Assembly (NCBI GenBank): GCA_964016885.1
Contig: OZ024741.1
Span: 72,664,001 to 72,728,000, forward strand
From: Eledone cirrhosa
Taxonomy: Eukaryota
DNA: 64,000 nt
Reading direction: 5' to 3'
The notes under the pieces are model-generated. The model searched no databases. It saw only the letters and a program-made list of their open reading frames with translations, and was not told where the DNA came from. Each line of letters starts with the position of its first letter. Within the stretch, counting starts at the first letter, position 1. Position numbers and translations under genes: made by a program. Positions 40,352 through 54,600 of this stretch are shown piece by piece.

Positions 40352-43300
40352 TGTTGTTGTTAATTTAGTTGTTGTTGTTACTTTATTTGTTGTTGTTACT
40401 TTAGTTGTTGTTACTTTAGTTGTTGTTGTTACTTTAGTTGTTGTTGTTACTGTAGTTGATGTTGTTACTATAGTTGTTGTTGATAGTTTACTTGTTGTTG
40501 TTAATTTAGTTGTTGTTGTTACTTTATTTGTTGTTGATAGTTTAGTTGTTGCTGTTACTTTAGTTGTTGCTGATAATTTAGTTTTTGATATTACTTTAGT
40601 TGTTGTTGTTACTTTAGTTGTTGTTGATATTTTAGTTGTTGTTGTCACTTTAGTTGTTGTTGTTACTTTAGTTGTTGTTGATATTTTAGTTGTTGTTGTT
40701 GCTTTAGTTGTTGTTGATACTTTAGTTGTTGTTACTTTAGTTGTTGTTGGTACGTTAGTTGTTATTGTTACTTTAGTTGTTGTTGTTACTTTAGTTGTTG
40801 TTGTTACTGTAGTTGTTGTTGTTACTATAGTAGTTGTTACTTTAGTTGTTGTTGTTACTTTAGTTGTTGTTGTTACTTTAGTTGTTGTTGATAGTTTAGT
40901 TGTTCTTGTTACTTTAGATGTTGTTACTTTAGTTGTTATTGTTACTTTAGTTGTTGATGTTACTTTAGTTGTTGTTACTATAGTTGTTGTTGATAGTTTA
41001 GTTGTTGTTGGTACTTTAGTTGTTGTTGTTACTTTAGTTGCTGTTACTTTAGTTGTTATTGTTACGTTAGTTGTTGTTGTTACTTTAGTTGTTGTTGATA
41101 GTTTAGTTGTTGTTGTTGTTGATAGTTTAGTTGTTGTTGTTACTTTAGTTGTTGTTGTTACTTTAGTTGTTGTTACTTTAGTTTTTGTTGTTACTTTAGT
41201 TGTTGTTACTTTAGTTGTTGTTGATATTTTAGTTGTTGTTGTTACTTTAGTTGTTGTTGTTACTTTAGTTGTTGTTGATAGTTTAGTTATTTTTGTTGCT
41301 TTAGTTGTTGTTGATACTTTAGTTGTTGTTACTTTAGTTGTTGTTGTTACTTTAGTTGTTGTTTTTACTTTAGTTGTTGTTGATAGTTTAGTTGTTGTTG
41401 TTACTTTAGTTGTTGTTGTTATATTAGTTGTTGTTGTTACTATAGTTGTTGTTGATAGTTTAGTTTTTGTTGTTACTTTAGTTGTTGTTACTTTAGTTGT
41501 TGTTGTTACTTTAGTTGTTGTTGATAGGTTAATTGTCGTTGTTACTTTACTTGTTGTTCCTTTAGTTGTTGTTACCTTAGTAGTTGTTGTTTCTTTAGTT
41601 GTTGTTGTTACTTTAGTTGTTGTTGTTTCTTTAGTTGTTGTTGATAGTTAAGTTGTTGTTGTTGCTTTAGTTATTGTTACTTTAGTTGTTGTTACTTTAG
41701 TTGTTGTTGATAGTTTAGTTGTTGCTGTTACTTTAGTTGTTGCTGATAGTTTAGTTTTTGATATTACTTTAGTTGTTGTTACTTTATTTGTTGTTGATAG
41801 TTTAGTTGTTGTTACTTTTGTTGTTATTGTTACTTTAGTTGTTGTTACTTTACATGTTGTTGATAGTTTAGTTGTTGTTGTTAATTTAGTTGTTGTTACT
41901 TTAGTTGTTGTTCTTACTTTAGTTGTTTTTGTTACTTTAGTTGTTGTTACTTTAGTTGTTGTTGATAGTATAGTTGTTGTTGTTACTTTAGTTGTCGTTG
42001 ATAGTTTATTTGTTATTGTTACTTTTGTTGTTGTTGTTACTTTAGTTGTTGTTGTTACTTTAGTTGTTGTTGATAGTTTAGTTTTTGATATTACTTTAGT
42101 TGTTGTTGTTACTTTAGTTGTTGTTGATAGTTTAGTTGTTGTTACTTTTGTTGTTATTGTTACTTTAGTTGTTGTTACTTTAGTTGTTGTTGTTACTGTA
42201 GTTGTTGTTGTTACTATAGTTGGTGTTGATAGTTTACTTGTTGTTGTTAATTTAGTTGTTGTTGTTACTTTATTTGTTGTTGATAGTTTAGTTGTTGTTA
42301 CTTTAGTTGTTGTTACTTTAGTTGTTGTTTCTGTAGTTGTTGTTGATAGTTTACTTGTTGTTGTTAATTTAGTTGTTGTTGTTACTTTACTTGTTGTTGA
42401 TAGTTTAGTTGTTGTTACTTTAGTTGTTGTTACTTTAGTTGTTGTTACTTTAGTTATTGTTGTTACTTTAGTTGTTGTTACTTTAGTTGTTGTTGTTGTT
42501 TCTGTAGTTGTTGTTGTTACTTTAGTTGTTGTTGTTACTTTAGTTGCTGTTGATACTTTAGTTGTTGTTGTTACTTTAGTTGTTGTTGATAGTTTAGTTT
42601 ATTGATGATAGTTTAGTTGTTGTTGTTACTTTAGTTGTTGTTGATACTTTAGTTGTTGTTTTTCCTTTAGTTGTTGTTTATAGTTTTTTTGTTGTTGTTA
42701 CTTTAGTTGTTGGTGATAGTTTAGTTTTTCTAGTTACTCTAGTTGTTGTTGATAGTTTAGTCGTCGTTGTTACTTTAGTTTTGTTGGTTCTTTAGTTGTT
42801 CTTGTTGCTGTAGTTGTTGTTGATAGTATAGTTGTTGTTGTTACTTTAGTTGTTGTTGTTACTTTAGTTTATGCTGTTACTTTAGTTGTTGTTGATAGTT
42901 TAATTGTTTTTGTTACTTTAGTTGTTGGTGCTTTAGTTGTTGTTACTTTAATTGTTGTTGTGACTTTAGTTGTTGTCGTTAGTTTAGTTGTTGTTACGTT
43001 AGTTGTTGTTGTTACTTTAGTTGTTGTTACTTTAGTTGTTGTTGTGACTTTAGTTGTTGTTGTTACTTTAGTTGTTGCTGATAGTTTAGTTGTTGTTAAT
43101 TTAGTTGTTGTTGTTACTTTAGTTGTTTTTGTTACATTAGTTGTTGTTGTTACTTTAATTGTTGTTGTTCCTTTAGTTGTTGTTGTTAGTTTAGTTGTTG
43201 CTAATTTAGTTGTTGTTGTTACTTTATTTGTTTGTGTTACTTTACTTGTTGTTGTTAATTTAGTTGTTGTTACTTTAGTTGTTGTTTTTACTTTAGTTGT

Positions 43301-46300
43301 TGTTACTTTAGTTGTTGTTGTTACCTTAGTTGTTGTTACTTTAGTTGTTGTTGTTACTTTAGTTGTTGTTAATAGTTTAGTTGTTGTTGTTACTTTAGAT
43401 GTTGTTACTTTAGTTGTTGTTGTTACTTTAGTTGTTGATGTTACTTTAGTTGTTGTTACTATAGTTGTTGTTGATAGTTTAGTTGTTGTTACTTTAGTTG
43501 TTGATACTTTAGTTGTTGTTGTTACTTTAGTTGTTGTTGTTACTTTCGTTGTTGTTACTTTAGTTGATGTTGTTACTTTAGTAGTTGTTACTTTAGTTGT
43601 TGTTGATATTTTCGTTGTTGTTGTTACTTTAGTTGTTGTTGTTACTTTAGTTGTTGTTGGTACGTTAGTTGTTATTGTTACATTGGTTGTTGTTGTTACT
43701 TTAGTTGTTGTTGTTACTGTAGTTGTTGTTGTTACTATAGTTGTTGTTGATAGTTTAGTTGTTGTTAATTTAGTTGTTGTTGTTACTTTAGTTGTTGTTG
43801 ATAGGTTAATTGTTTATGTGTCTTTAGTTGTTGTTGTTACTTTAGTTGTTGATGTTACTTTAGTTGTTGTTGTTACTTTAGTTTTTGTTGTTTCTTTAGT
43901 TGTTGTTGTTACTTTAGTTGTTGTTGTTACTTTAGTTGTTGTTGTTACTTTAGTTTTTGTTGTTTCTTTAGTTGTTGTTGTTACTTTAGTTGTTGTTGAT
44001 AGTTTAGTTGTTGTTGTTGCTTTAGTTGTTGTTGTTACTTTAGTTGTTGTTGTTAGTATAGTTGTTGTTGATAGTTTAGTTGTTGTTGTTACTTTAGTTG
44101 TTCTTGATAGTTTAGTTGATGTTGTTACTTTAGTTGTTGATGATACGTTAGTTGTTGTTACTTTAGTTGTTGTTGTTATTTTAGTTGTTATTAATACTAT
44201 AGTTGTTGTTGTTACTTTAGTTGTTGTTGATAGCTTAATTGTTGTTGTTCCTTTAGTCGTTGTTACTTTAGTAGTTGTTGATTCTTTAGTTGTTGTTGTT
44301 ACTTTAGTTGTTGTTATTTCTTTAGTTGTTGTTGATAGTTTAGTTGTTGTTGTTGCTTTAGTTATTGTTACTTTAGTTGTTGTTGTTACTTTAGTTGTTT
44401 TTGATAGTTTAGTTGTTGCTGTTACGTTAGTTGTTGCTGATAGTTCAGTTGTTGTTGTTACGTTAATTGTTGTTGTTCCTTTAGTTGTTGTTACTATAGT
44501 TGTTGTTGTTGTTTCTTTAGTTGTTGTTGTTACTTTAGTTGTTGTTGGTACTTTAGTTGTTGTTAATACTTTAGTTGTTGTTGTTACTTTAGTTGGTGTT
44601 GATAGTTTAGTTTATTGATGATAGTTTAGTTGTTGTTGTTACTTTAGTTGTTGTTGATACTTTAGTTGTTGTTTTTCCTTTAGTTGTTGTTTATAGTTTT
44701 TTGGTTGTTGTTACTTTAGTTGTTGCTGATAGTTTAGTTTTGTAGTTACTTTAGTTGTTGTTTTTACTTTAGTTATTGTTGATAGATTAGTTGTTTTTGT
44801 TACTTTAGTTGTTGTTGTCACTTTACTTTAGTTGTTGTTGATATTCTAGTTGTTGTTGTTGCTTTAGTTGTTGTTGACACTTTAGTTGTTGTTACTTTAG
44901 TTGTTGTTGGTACGTTAGTTGTTATTGTTACTTTAGTTGTTGTTGTTACTTTAGTTGTTGTTGTTACTGTAGTTGTTGTTGTTACTATAGTTGTTGTTGC
45001 TAGTTTAGTTGTTGTTAATTTAGTTGTTGTTGTTACTTTAGTTGTTGTTGATAGGTTAATTGTTGTTGTTACTTTAGTTGTTGTTGATAGGTTAATTGTT
45101 GTTGTTATTTTAGTTGTTGTTGTTACCTTAGTTGTTGTTACTTTAGTTGTTGTTGTTACTTTAGTTGTTTTTAATAGTTTAGTTGTTGTTGTTACTTTAG
45201 ATGTTGTTACTTTAGTTGTTGTTGTTACTTTAGTTGTTGATGTTACTTTAGTTGTTGTTACTATAGTTGTTGTTGATAGTTTAGTTGTTGTTACTTTAGT
45301 TGTTGATACTTTAGTTGTTGTTGTTACTTTAGTTGTTGTTGTTACTTTCGTTGTTGTTACTTTAGTTGATGTTGTTACTTTAGTAGTTGTTACTTTAGTT
45401 GTTGTTGATATTTTCGTTGTTATTGTTACTTTAGTTGTTGTTGTTATTTTAGTTGTTGTTGATATTTTAGTTGTTGTTGTTGCTATAGTTGTTGTTGCTT
45501 TAGTTGTTGTTGATACTTTAGTTGCTGTTACTTTAGTTGTTGTTGGTACGTTAGTTGTTATTGTTACATTGGTTGTTGTTGTTAATTTAGTTGTTGTTGT
45601 TACTTTATTTGTTGTTGTTACTTTAGTTGTTGTTACTTTAGTTGTTGTTGTTACTTTAGTTGTTGTTGTTACTGTAGTTGATGTTGTTACTATAGTTGTT
45701 GTTGATAGTTTACTTGTTGTTGTTAATTTAGTTGTTGTTGTTACTTTATTTGTTGTTGATAGTTTAGTTGTTGCTGTTACTTTAGTTGTTGCTGATAATT
45801 TAGTTTTTGATATTACTTTAGTTGTTGTTGTTACTTTAGTTGTTGTTGATATTTTAGTTGTTGTTGTCACTTTAGTTGTTGTTGTTACTTTAGTTGTTGT
45901 TGATATTTTAGTTGTTGTTGTTGCTTTAGTTGTTGTTGATACTTTAGTTGTTGTTACTTTAGTTGTTGTTGGTACGTTAGTTGTTATTGTTACTTTAGTT
46001 GTTGTTGTTACTTTAGTTGTTGTTGTTACTGTAGTTGTTGTTGTTACTATAGTAGTTGTTACTTTAGTTGTTGTTGTTACTTTAGTTGTTGTTGTTACTT
46101 TAGTTGTTGTTGATAGTTTAGTTGTTCTTGTTACTTTAGATGTTGTTACTTTAGTTGTTATTGTTACTTTAGTTGTTGATGTTACTTTAGTTGTTGTTAC
46201 TATAGTTGTTGTTGATAGTTTAGTTGTTGTTGGTACTTTAGTTGTTGTTGTTACTTTAGTTGCTGTTACTTTAGTTGTTATTGTTACGTTAGTTGTTGTT

Positions 46301-49300
46301 GTTACTTTAGTTGTTGTTGATAGTTTAGTTGTTGTTGTTGTTGATAGTTTAGTTGTTGTTGTTACTTTAGTTGTTGTTGTTACTTTAGTTGTTGTTACTT
46401 TAGTTTTTGTTGTTACTTTAGTTGTTGTTACTTTAGTTGTTGTTGATATTTTAGTTGTTGTTGTTACTTTAGTTGTTGTTGTTACTTTAGTTGTTGTTGA
46501 TAGTTTAGTTATTTTTGTTGCTTTAGTTGTTGTTGATACTTTAGTTGTTGTTACTTTAGTTGTTGTTGTTACTTTAGTTGTTGTTTTTACTTTAGTTGTT
46601 GTTGATAGTTTAGTTGTTGTTGTTACTTTAGTTGTTGTTGTTATATTAGTTGTTGTTGTTACTATAGTTGTTGTTGATAGTTTAGTTTTTGTTGTTACTT
46701 TAGTTGTTGTTACTTTAGTTGTTGTTGTTACTTTAGTTGTTGTTGATAGGTTAATTGTCGTTGTTACTTTACTTGTTGTTCCTTTAGTTGTTGTTACTTT
46801 AGTAGTTGTTGTTTCTTTAGTTGTTGTTGTTACTTTAGTTGTTGTTGTTTCTTTAGTTGTTGTTGATAGTTAAGTTGTTGTTGTTGCTTTAGTTATTGTT
46901 ACTTTAGTTGTTGTTACTTTAGTTGTTGTTGATAGTTTAGTTGTTGCTGTTACTTTAGTTGTTGCTGATAGTTTAGTTTTTGATATTACTTTAGTTGTTG
47001 TTACTTTATTTGTTGTTGATAGTTTAGTTGTTGTTACTTTTGTTGTTATTGTTACTTTAGTTGTTGTTACTTTACATGTTGTTGATAGTTTAGTTGTTGT
47101 TGTTAATTTAGTTGTTGTTACTTTAGTTGTTGTTCTTACTTTAGTTGTTTTTGTTACTTTAGTTGTTGTTACTTTAGTTGTTGTTGATAGTATAGTTGTT
47201 GTTGTTACTTTAGTTGTCGTTGATAGTTTATTTGTTATTGTTACTTTTGTTGTTGTTGTTACTTTAGTTGTTGTTGTTACTTTAGTTGTTGTTGATAGTT
47301 TAGTTTTTGATATTACTTTAGTTGTTGTTGTTACTTTAGTTGTTGTTGATAGTTTAGTTGTTGTTACTTTTGTTGTTATTGTTACTTTAGTTGTTGTTAC
47401 TTTAGTTGTTGTTGTTACTGTAGTTGTTGTTGTTACTATAGTTGGTGTTGATAGTTTACTTGTTGTTGTTAATTTAGTTGTTGTTGTTACTTTATTTGTT
47501 GTTGATAGTTTAGTTGTTGTTACTTTAGTTGTTGTTACTTTAGTTGTTGTTTCTGTAGTTGTTGTTGATAGTTTACTTGTTGTTGTTAATTTAGTTGTTG
47601 TTGTTACTTTACTTGTTGTTGATAGTTTAGTTGTTGTTACTTTAGTTGTTGTTACTTTAGTTGTTGTTACTTTAGTTATTGTTGTTACTTTAGTTGTTGT
47701 TACTTTAGTTGTTGTTGTTGTTTCTGTAGTTGTTGTTGTTACTTTAGTTGTTGTTGTTACTTTAGTTGCTGTTGATACTTTAGTTGTTGTTGTTACTTTA
47801 GTTGTTGTTGATAGTTTAGTTTATTGATGATAGTTTAGTTGTTGTTGTTACTTTAGTTGTTGTTGATACTTTAGTTGTTGTTTTTCCTTTAGTTGTTGTT
47901 TATAGTTTTTTTGTTGTTGTTACTTTAGTTGTTGGTGATAGTTTAGTTTTTCTAGTTACTCTAGTTGTTGTTGATAGTTTAGTCGTTGTTGTTACTTTAG
48001 TTTTGTTGGTTCTTTAGTTGTTCTTGTTGCTGTAGTTGTTGTTGATAGTATAGTTGTTGTTGTTACTTTAGTTGTTGTTGTTACTTTAGTTTATGCTGTT
48101 ACTTTAGTTGTTGTTGATAGTTTAATTGTTTTTGTTACTTTAGTTGTTGGTGCTTTAGTTGTTGTTACTTTAATTGTTGTTGTGACTTTAGTTGTTGTCG
48201 TTAGTTTAGTTGTTGTTGTTACGTTAGTTGTTGTTGTTACTTTAGTTGTTGTTACTTTAGTTGTTGTTGTGACTTTAGTTGTTGTTGTTACTTTAGTTGT
48301 TGCTGATAGTTTAGTTGTTGTTAATTTAGTTGTTGTTGTTACTTTAGTTGTTTTTGTTACATTAGTTGTTGTTGTTACTTTAATTGTTGTTGTTCCTTTA
48401 GTTGTTGTTGTTAGTTTAGTTGTTGCTAATTTAGTTGTTGTTGTTACTTTATTTGTTTGTGTTACTTTACTTGTTGTTGTTAATTTAGTTGTTGTTACTT
48501 TAGTTGTTGTTTTTACTTTAGTTGTTGTTACTTTAGTTGTTGTTGTTACCTTAGTTGTTGTTACTTTAGTTGTTGTTGTTACTTTAGTTGTTGTTAATAG
48601 TTTAGTTGTTGTTGTTACTTTAGATGTTGTTACTTTAGTTGTTGTTGTTACTTTAGTTGTTGATGTTACTTTAGTTGTTGTTACTATAGTTGTTGTTGAT
48701 AGTTTAGTTGTTGTTACTTTAGTTGTTGATACTTTAGTTGTTGTTGTTACTTTAGTTGTTGTTGTTACTTTCGTTGTTGTTACTTTAGTTGATGTTGTTA
48801 CTTTAGTAGTTGTTACTTTAGTTGTTGTTGATATTTTCGTTGTTGTTGTTACTTTAGTTGTTGTTGTTACTTTAGTTGTTGTTGGTACGTTAGTTGTTAT
48901 TGTTACATTGGTTGTTGTTGTTACTTTAGTTGTTGTTGTTACTGTAGTTGTTGTTGTTACTATAGTTGTTGTTGATAGTTTAGTTGTTGTTAATTTAGTT
49001 GTTGTTGTTACTTTAGTTGTTGTTGATAGGTTAATTGTTTATGTGTCTTTAGTTGTTGTTGTTACTTTAGTTGTTGATGTTACTTTAGTTGTTGTTGTTA
49101 CTTTAGTTTTTGTTGTTTCTTTAGTTGTTGTTGTTACTTTAGTTGTTGTTGTTACTTTAGTTGTTGTTGTTACTTTAGTTTTTGTTGTTTCTTTAGTTGT
49201 TGTTGTTACTTTAGTTGTTGTTGATAGTTTAGTTGTTGTTGTTGCTTTAGTTGTTGTTGTTACTTTAGTTGTTGTTGTTAGTATAGTTGTTGTTGATAGT

Positions 49301-50737
49301 TTAGTTGTTGTTGTTACTTTAGTTGTTCTTGATAGTTTAGTTGATGTTGTTACTTTAGTTGTTGATGATACTTTAGTTGTTGTTACTTTAGTTGTTGTTG
49401 TTATTTTAGTTGTTATTAATACTATAGTTGTTGTTGTTACTTTAGTTGTTGTTGATAGCTTAATTGTTGTTGTTCCTTTAGTCGTTGTTACTTTAGTAGT
49501 TGTTGATTCTTTAGTTGTTGTTGTTACTTTAGTTGTTGTTATTTCTTTAGTTGTTGTTGATAGTTTAGTTGTTGCTGTTACGTTAGTTGTTGCTGATAGT
49601 TCAGTTGTTGTTGTTACGTTAATTGTTGTTGTTCCTTTAGTTGTTGTTACTATAGTTGTTGTTGTTGTTTCTTTAGTTGTTGTTGTTACTTTAGTTGTTG
49701 TTGGTACTTTAGTTGTTGTTAATACTTTAGTTGTTGTTGTTACTTTAGTTGGTGTTGATAGTTTAGTTTATTGATGATAGTTTAGTTGTTGTTGTTACTT
49801 TAGTTGTTGTTGATACTTTAGTTGTTGTTTTTCCTTTAGTTGTTGTTTATAGTTTTTTGGTTGTTGTTACTTTAGTTGTTGCTGATAGTTTAGTTTTGTA
49901 GTTACTTTAGTTGTTGTTTTTACTTTAGTTATTGTTGATAGATTAGTTGTTTTTGTTACTTTAGTTGTTGTTGTCACTTTACTTTAGTTGTTGTTGATAT
50001 TCTAGTTGTTGTTGTTGCTTTAGTTGTTGTTGACACTTTAGTTGTTGTTACTTTAGTTGTTGTTGGTACGTTAGTTGTTATTGTTACTTTAGTTGTTGTT
50101 GTTACTTTAGTTGTTGTTGTTACTGTAGTTGTTGTTGTTACTATAGTTGTTGTTGCTAGTTTAGTTGTTGTTAATTTAGTTGTTGTTGTTACTTTAGTTG
50201 TTGTTGATAGGTTAATTGTTGTTGTTACTTTAGTTGTTGTTGATAGGTTAATTGTTGTTGTTATTTTAGTTGTTGTTGTTACCTTAGTTGTTGTTACTTT
50301 AGTTGTTGTTGTTACTTTAGTTGTTTTTAATAGTTTAGTTGTTGTTGTTACTTTAGATGTTGTTACTTTAGTTGTTGTTGTTACTTTAGTTGTTGATGTT
50401 ACTTTAGTTGTTGTTACTATAGTTGTTGTTGATAGTTTAGTTGTTGTTACTTTAGTTGTTGATACTTTAGTTGTTGTTGTTACTTTAGTTGTTGTTGTTA
50501 CTTTCGTTGTTGTTACTTTAGTTGATGTTGTTACTTTAGTAGTTGTTACTTTAGTTGTTGTTGATATTTTCGTTGTTATTGTTACTTTAGTTGTTGTTGT
50601 TATTTTAGTTGTTGTTGATATTTTAGTTGTTGTTGTTGCTATAGTTGTTGTTGCTTTAGTTGTTGTTGATACTTTAGTTGCTGTTACTTTAGTTGTTGTT
50701 GGTACGTTAGTTGTTATTGTTACATTGGTTGTTGTTG
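40352..50737. repeat. Near-perfect ~5.2-kb direct tandem duplication (copy 1 ~40352-45580, copy 2 ~45581-50737)
   Basis: ORF starts 40648/45870 and 42960/48182 are both offset by 5222 bp. The offset drops to 5156 later (44618/49774, 45565/50721), matching a +3 bp and a -69 bp indel visible in the 552-aa versus 530-aa translations. Confidence 0.92.
44818..46868 (-). other. ~2-kb stop-free Thr/Lys-rich frame (paralogous copy ~39764-41646); coding status unproven
   Basis: Minus ORF 44818-45870 overlaps + ORF 45569-46873. That + ORF has no Tyr/His/Gln codons, which are the + strand signature of a minus-frame stop. Confidence 0.2.
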
Positions 50738-50852
50738 TTACTTTAGTTGTTGTTGTTACTGTAGTTGTTGTTGTTACTATAGTTGTTGTTGATAGTTTAG
50801 TTGTTGTTAATTTAGTTGTTGTTGTTACTTTAGTTGTTGTTGATAGGTTAAT

Positions 50853-51650
50853 TGTTGTTGTGACTTTAGTTGTTGTTGTTACTTTAGTTGTTGATGTTAC
50901 ATTAGTTGTTGTTACTACAGTTGTCGTTGATAGTTTAGTTGTTGTTGTTACTTTAGTTGTTGTTGTTACTTTAGTTGTTGTTGTTACTTTAGTTTTTGTT
51001 GTTTCTTTAGTTGTTGTTGTTACTTTAGTTGTTGTTGATAGTTTAGTTGTTGTTCTTGATAGTTTAGTTGATGTTGTTACTTTAGTTGTTGTTGATACTT
51101 TAGTTGTTGTTACTTTAGTTGTAGTTGTTATTTTAGTTGTTATTATTACTATAGTTGTTGTTGATAGTTTAGTTTTTGTTGTTACTTTAGTTGTTGTTAC
51201 TTTAGTTGTTGTTGTTACTTTAGTTGTTGTTGATAGTTTAGTTGTTGCTGTTACTTTAGTTGTTGTTCCTTTAGTTGTTGTGACTTTAGTTGTTGTTGTT
51301 ACTTTAGTTGTTGTTGTTACATTAGTTGTTGTTACTACAGTTGTCGTTGATAGTTTAGTTGTTGTTGTTACTTTAGTTGTTGTTGTTACTTTAGTTGTTG
51401 TTGTTACTTTAGTTTTTGTTGTTTCTTTAGTTGTTGTTGTTACTTTAGTTGTTGTTGATAGTTTAGTTGTTGTTCTTGATAGTTTAGTTGATGTTGTTAC
51501 TTTAGTTGTTGTTGATACTTTAGTTGTTGTTACTTTAGTTGTAGTTGTTATTTTAGTTGTTATTATTACTATAGTTGTTGTTGATAGTTTAGTTTTTGTT
51601 GTTACTTTAGTTGTTGTTACTTTAGTTGTTGTTGTTACTTTAGTTGTTGT
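50853..51650. repeat. 420-bp-period tandem duplication
   Basis: Lines 50941-51180 match lines 51361-51600. TGACTTTAG occurs at 50861 and 51281. Confidence 0.9.
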
Positions 51651-51679
51651 TGTTACTTTAGTTGTTGTTGATAGTTTAG

Positions 51680-54600
51680 TTTATTGATGATAGTTCAGTT
51701 GTTGTTGTTACGTTTGTTGTTGTTGTTCCTTTAGTTGTTGTTACTTTACTTGTTGTTGTTGTTTCTTTAGTTGTTGTTGTTACTTTAGTTGTTGTTGTTA
51801 CTTTAGTTGTTGTTGATACTTTAGTTGTTGTTGTTACTTTAGTTGTTGTTGATAGTTTAGTTTATTGATGATAGTTTAGTTGTTGTTGTTACTTTAGTTG
51901 TTGTTGATACTTTAGTTGTTGTTTTTCCTTTAGTTGTTGTTTATAGTTTTTTTGTTGATGTTACTTTAGTTGTTGCTGATAGTTTAGTTTTGTAGTTACT
52001 TTAGTTGTTGTTTTTACATTAGTTATTGTTGATAGATTAGTTGTTGTTGTTACTTTAGTTGTTGTTGTCACTTTACTTTAGTTGTTGTTGATATTCTAGT
52101 TGTTGTTGTTGCTTTAGTTGTTGTTGATACTTTAGTTCTTGTTACTTTAGTTGTTGTTGGTACGTTAGTTGTTATTGTTACTTTAGCTGTTGTTGTTACT
52201 TTAGTTGTTGTTGTTACTGTAGTTGTTGTTGTTACTATAGTTGTTGTTGCTAGTTTAGTTGTTGTTAATTTAGTTGTTGTTGTTACTTTAGTTGTTGTTG
52301 ATAGGTTAATTGTTGTTGTGACTTTAGTTGTTGTTGATAGTTTATTGGTTATTACTTTAGATGTTGTTACTTTAGTTGTTGTTGTTACTTTAGTTGTTGT
52401 TGTTACTTTAGTTTTTGTTGTTTCTTTAGTTGTTGTTGTTACTTTACTTGTTGTTGATAGTTTAGTTGTTGTTGTTGCTTTAGTTTTTGTTGTTACTTTA
52501 GTTGTTGTTGTTACTATAGTTGTTGTTGATAGTCTAGTTGTTGTTGTTACTTTAGTTGTTCTTGATAGTTTAGTTGATGTTGTTACTTTAGTTGTTGTTG
52601 ATACTTTAGTTGTTGTTACTTTAGTTGTTGTTGTTATTTTAGTTGTTATTATTACTATAGTTGTTGTTGATAGTTTAGTTTTTGTTGTTACTTTAGTTGT
52701 TGTTACTTTAGTTGTTGTTGTTACTTTAGTTGTTGTTGATAGTTTAGTTGTTGCTGTTACTTTAGTTGTTGTTCCTTTAGGTGTTGTGACTTTAGTTGTT
52801 GTTGATATCTTAATTGTTGTTGTTCCTTTAGTCGTTGTTACTTTAGTAGTTGTTGATTCTTTAGTTGTTGTTGTTACTTTAGTTGTTGTTATTTCTTTAG
52901 TTGTTGTTGATAGTTTAGTTGTTGTTGTTGCTTTAGTTATTGTTACTTTAGTTGTTGTTGTTACTTTAGTTGTTTTTGATAGTTTAGTTGTTGCTGTTAC
53001 TTTAGTTGTTGCTGATAGTTCAGTTGTTGTTGTTACGTTAGTTGTTGTTGTTCCTTTAGTTGTTGTTACTTTAGTTGTTGTTGTTGTTTCTTTAGTTGTT
53101 GTTGTTACTTTAGTTGTTGTTGTTACTTTAGTTGTTGTTGATACTTTAGTTGTTGTTTTTCCTTTAGTTGTTGTTTATAGTTTTTTTGTTGTTGTTACTT
53201 TAGTTGTTGCTGATAGTTTAGTTTTGTAGTTACTTTAGTTGTTGTTTTTACTTTAGTTATTGTTGATAGATTAGTTGTTGTTGTTACTTTAGTTGTTGTT
53301 GTCACTTTACTTTAGTTGTTGTTACTTTAGTTGTTGTTGATAGTTTAGTCGTTGTTATTACTTTAGTTGTTGTTGATAGTTTAGTTGTTGTTGTTAATTT
53401 AGTTTTGTTGTTGCTTTAGTTATTGTTACTTTAGTTGTTGTTACTTTAGTTGTTTTTGATAGTTTAGTTGTTGCTGTTTTTATTTTAGTTGTTGCTGATA
53501 GTTCAGTTGTTGTTGTTACGTTAGTTGTTGTTTTTCCTTTAGTTGTTGTTACTTTAGTTGTTGTTGTTGTTTCTTTAGTTGTTGTTGTTACTTTAGTTGT
53601 TGTTGTTACTTTAGTTGTTGTTGATACTTTAGTTGTTGTTGTTACTTTAGTTGTTGTTGATAGTTTAGTTAATTGATGATAGTTTAGTTGTTGTTGTTAC
53701 TTTAGTTGTTGTTGATACTTTAGTTGTTGTTTTTCCTTTAGTTGTTGTTTATAGTTTTTTTGTTGTTATTACTTTAGTTGTTGCTGATAGTTTAGTTTTG
53801 TAGTTACTTTAGTTGTTGTTTTTACTTTAGTTATTGTTGATAGATTAGTTGTTGTTGTTACTTTAGTTGTTGTTGTCACTTTACTTTAGTTGTTGTTACT
53901 TTAGTTGTTGTTGATAGTTTAGTCGTTGTTATTACTTTAGTTGTTGTTGATAGTTTAGTTGTTGTTGTTAATTTAGTTTTGTTGTTGCTTTAGTTATTGT
54001 TACTTTAGTTGTTGTTGTTACTTTAGATGTTTTTGATAGTTTAGTTGTTGCTGTTACTTTAGTTGTTGCTGATAGTTCAGTTGTTGTTGTTACGTTAGTT
54101 GTTGTTGTTCCTTTAGTTGTTGTTACTTTAGTTGTTGTTGTTGTTTCTTTAGTTGTTGTTGTTACTTTAGTTGTTGTTGTTACTTTAGTTGTTGTTGATA
54201 GTTTAGTTTATTGATGATAGTTTAGTTGTTGTTGTTACTTTAGTTGTTGTTGATACTTTAGTTGTTGTTTTTCCTTTAGTTGTTGTTTATAGTTTTTTTG
54301 TTGTTGTTACTTTAGTTGTTGCTGATAGTTTAGTTTTGTAGTTACTTTAGTTGTTGTTTTTACTTTAGTTATTGTTGATAGATTAGTTGTTGTTGTTACT
54401 TTAGTTGTTGTTGTCACTTTACGTTAGTTGTTGTTGATATTCTAGTTGTTGTTGTGGCTTTAGTTGTTGTTGATACTTTAGTTGTTGTTACTTTAGTTGT
54501 TGTTGGTACGTTAGTTGTTATTGTTACTTTAGTTGTTGTTGTTACTTTAGTTGTTGTTGTTACTGTAGTTGTTGTTGTTACTATAGTTGTTGTTGCTAGT

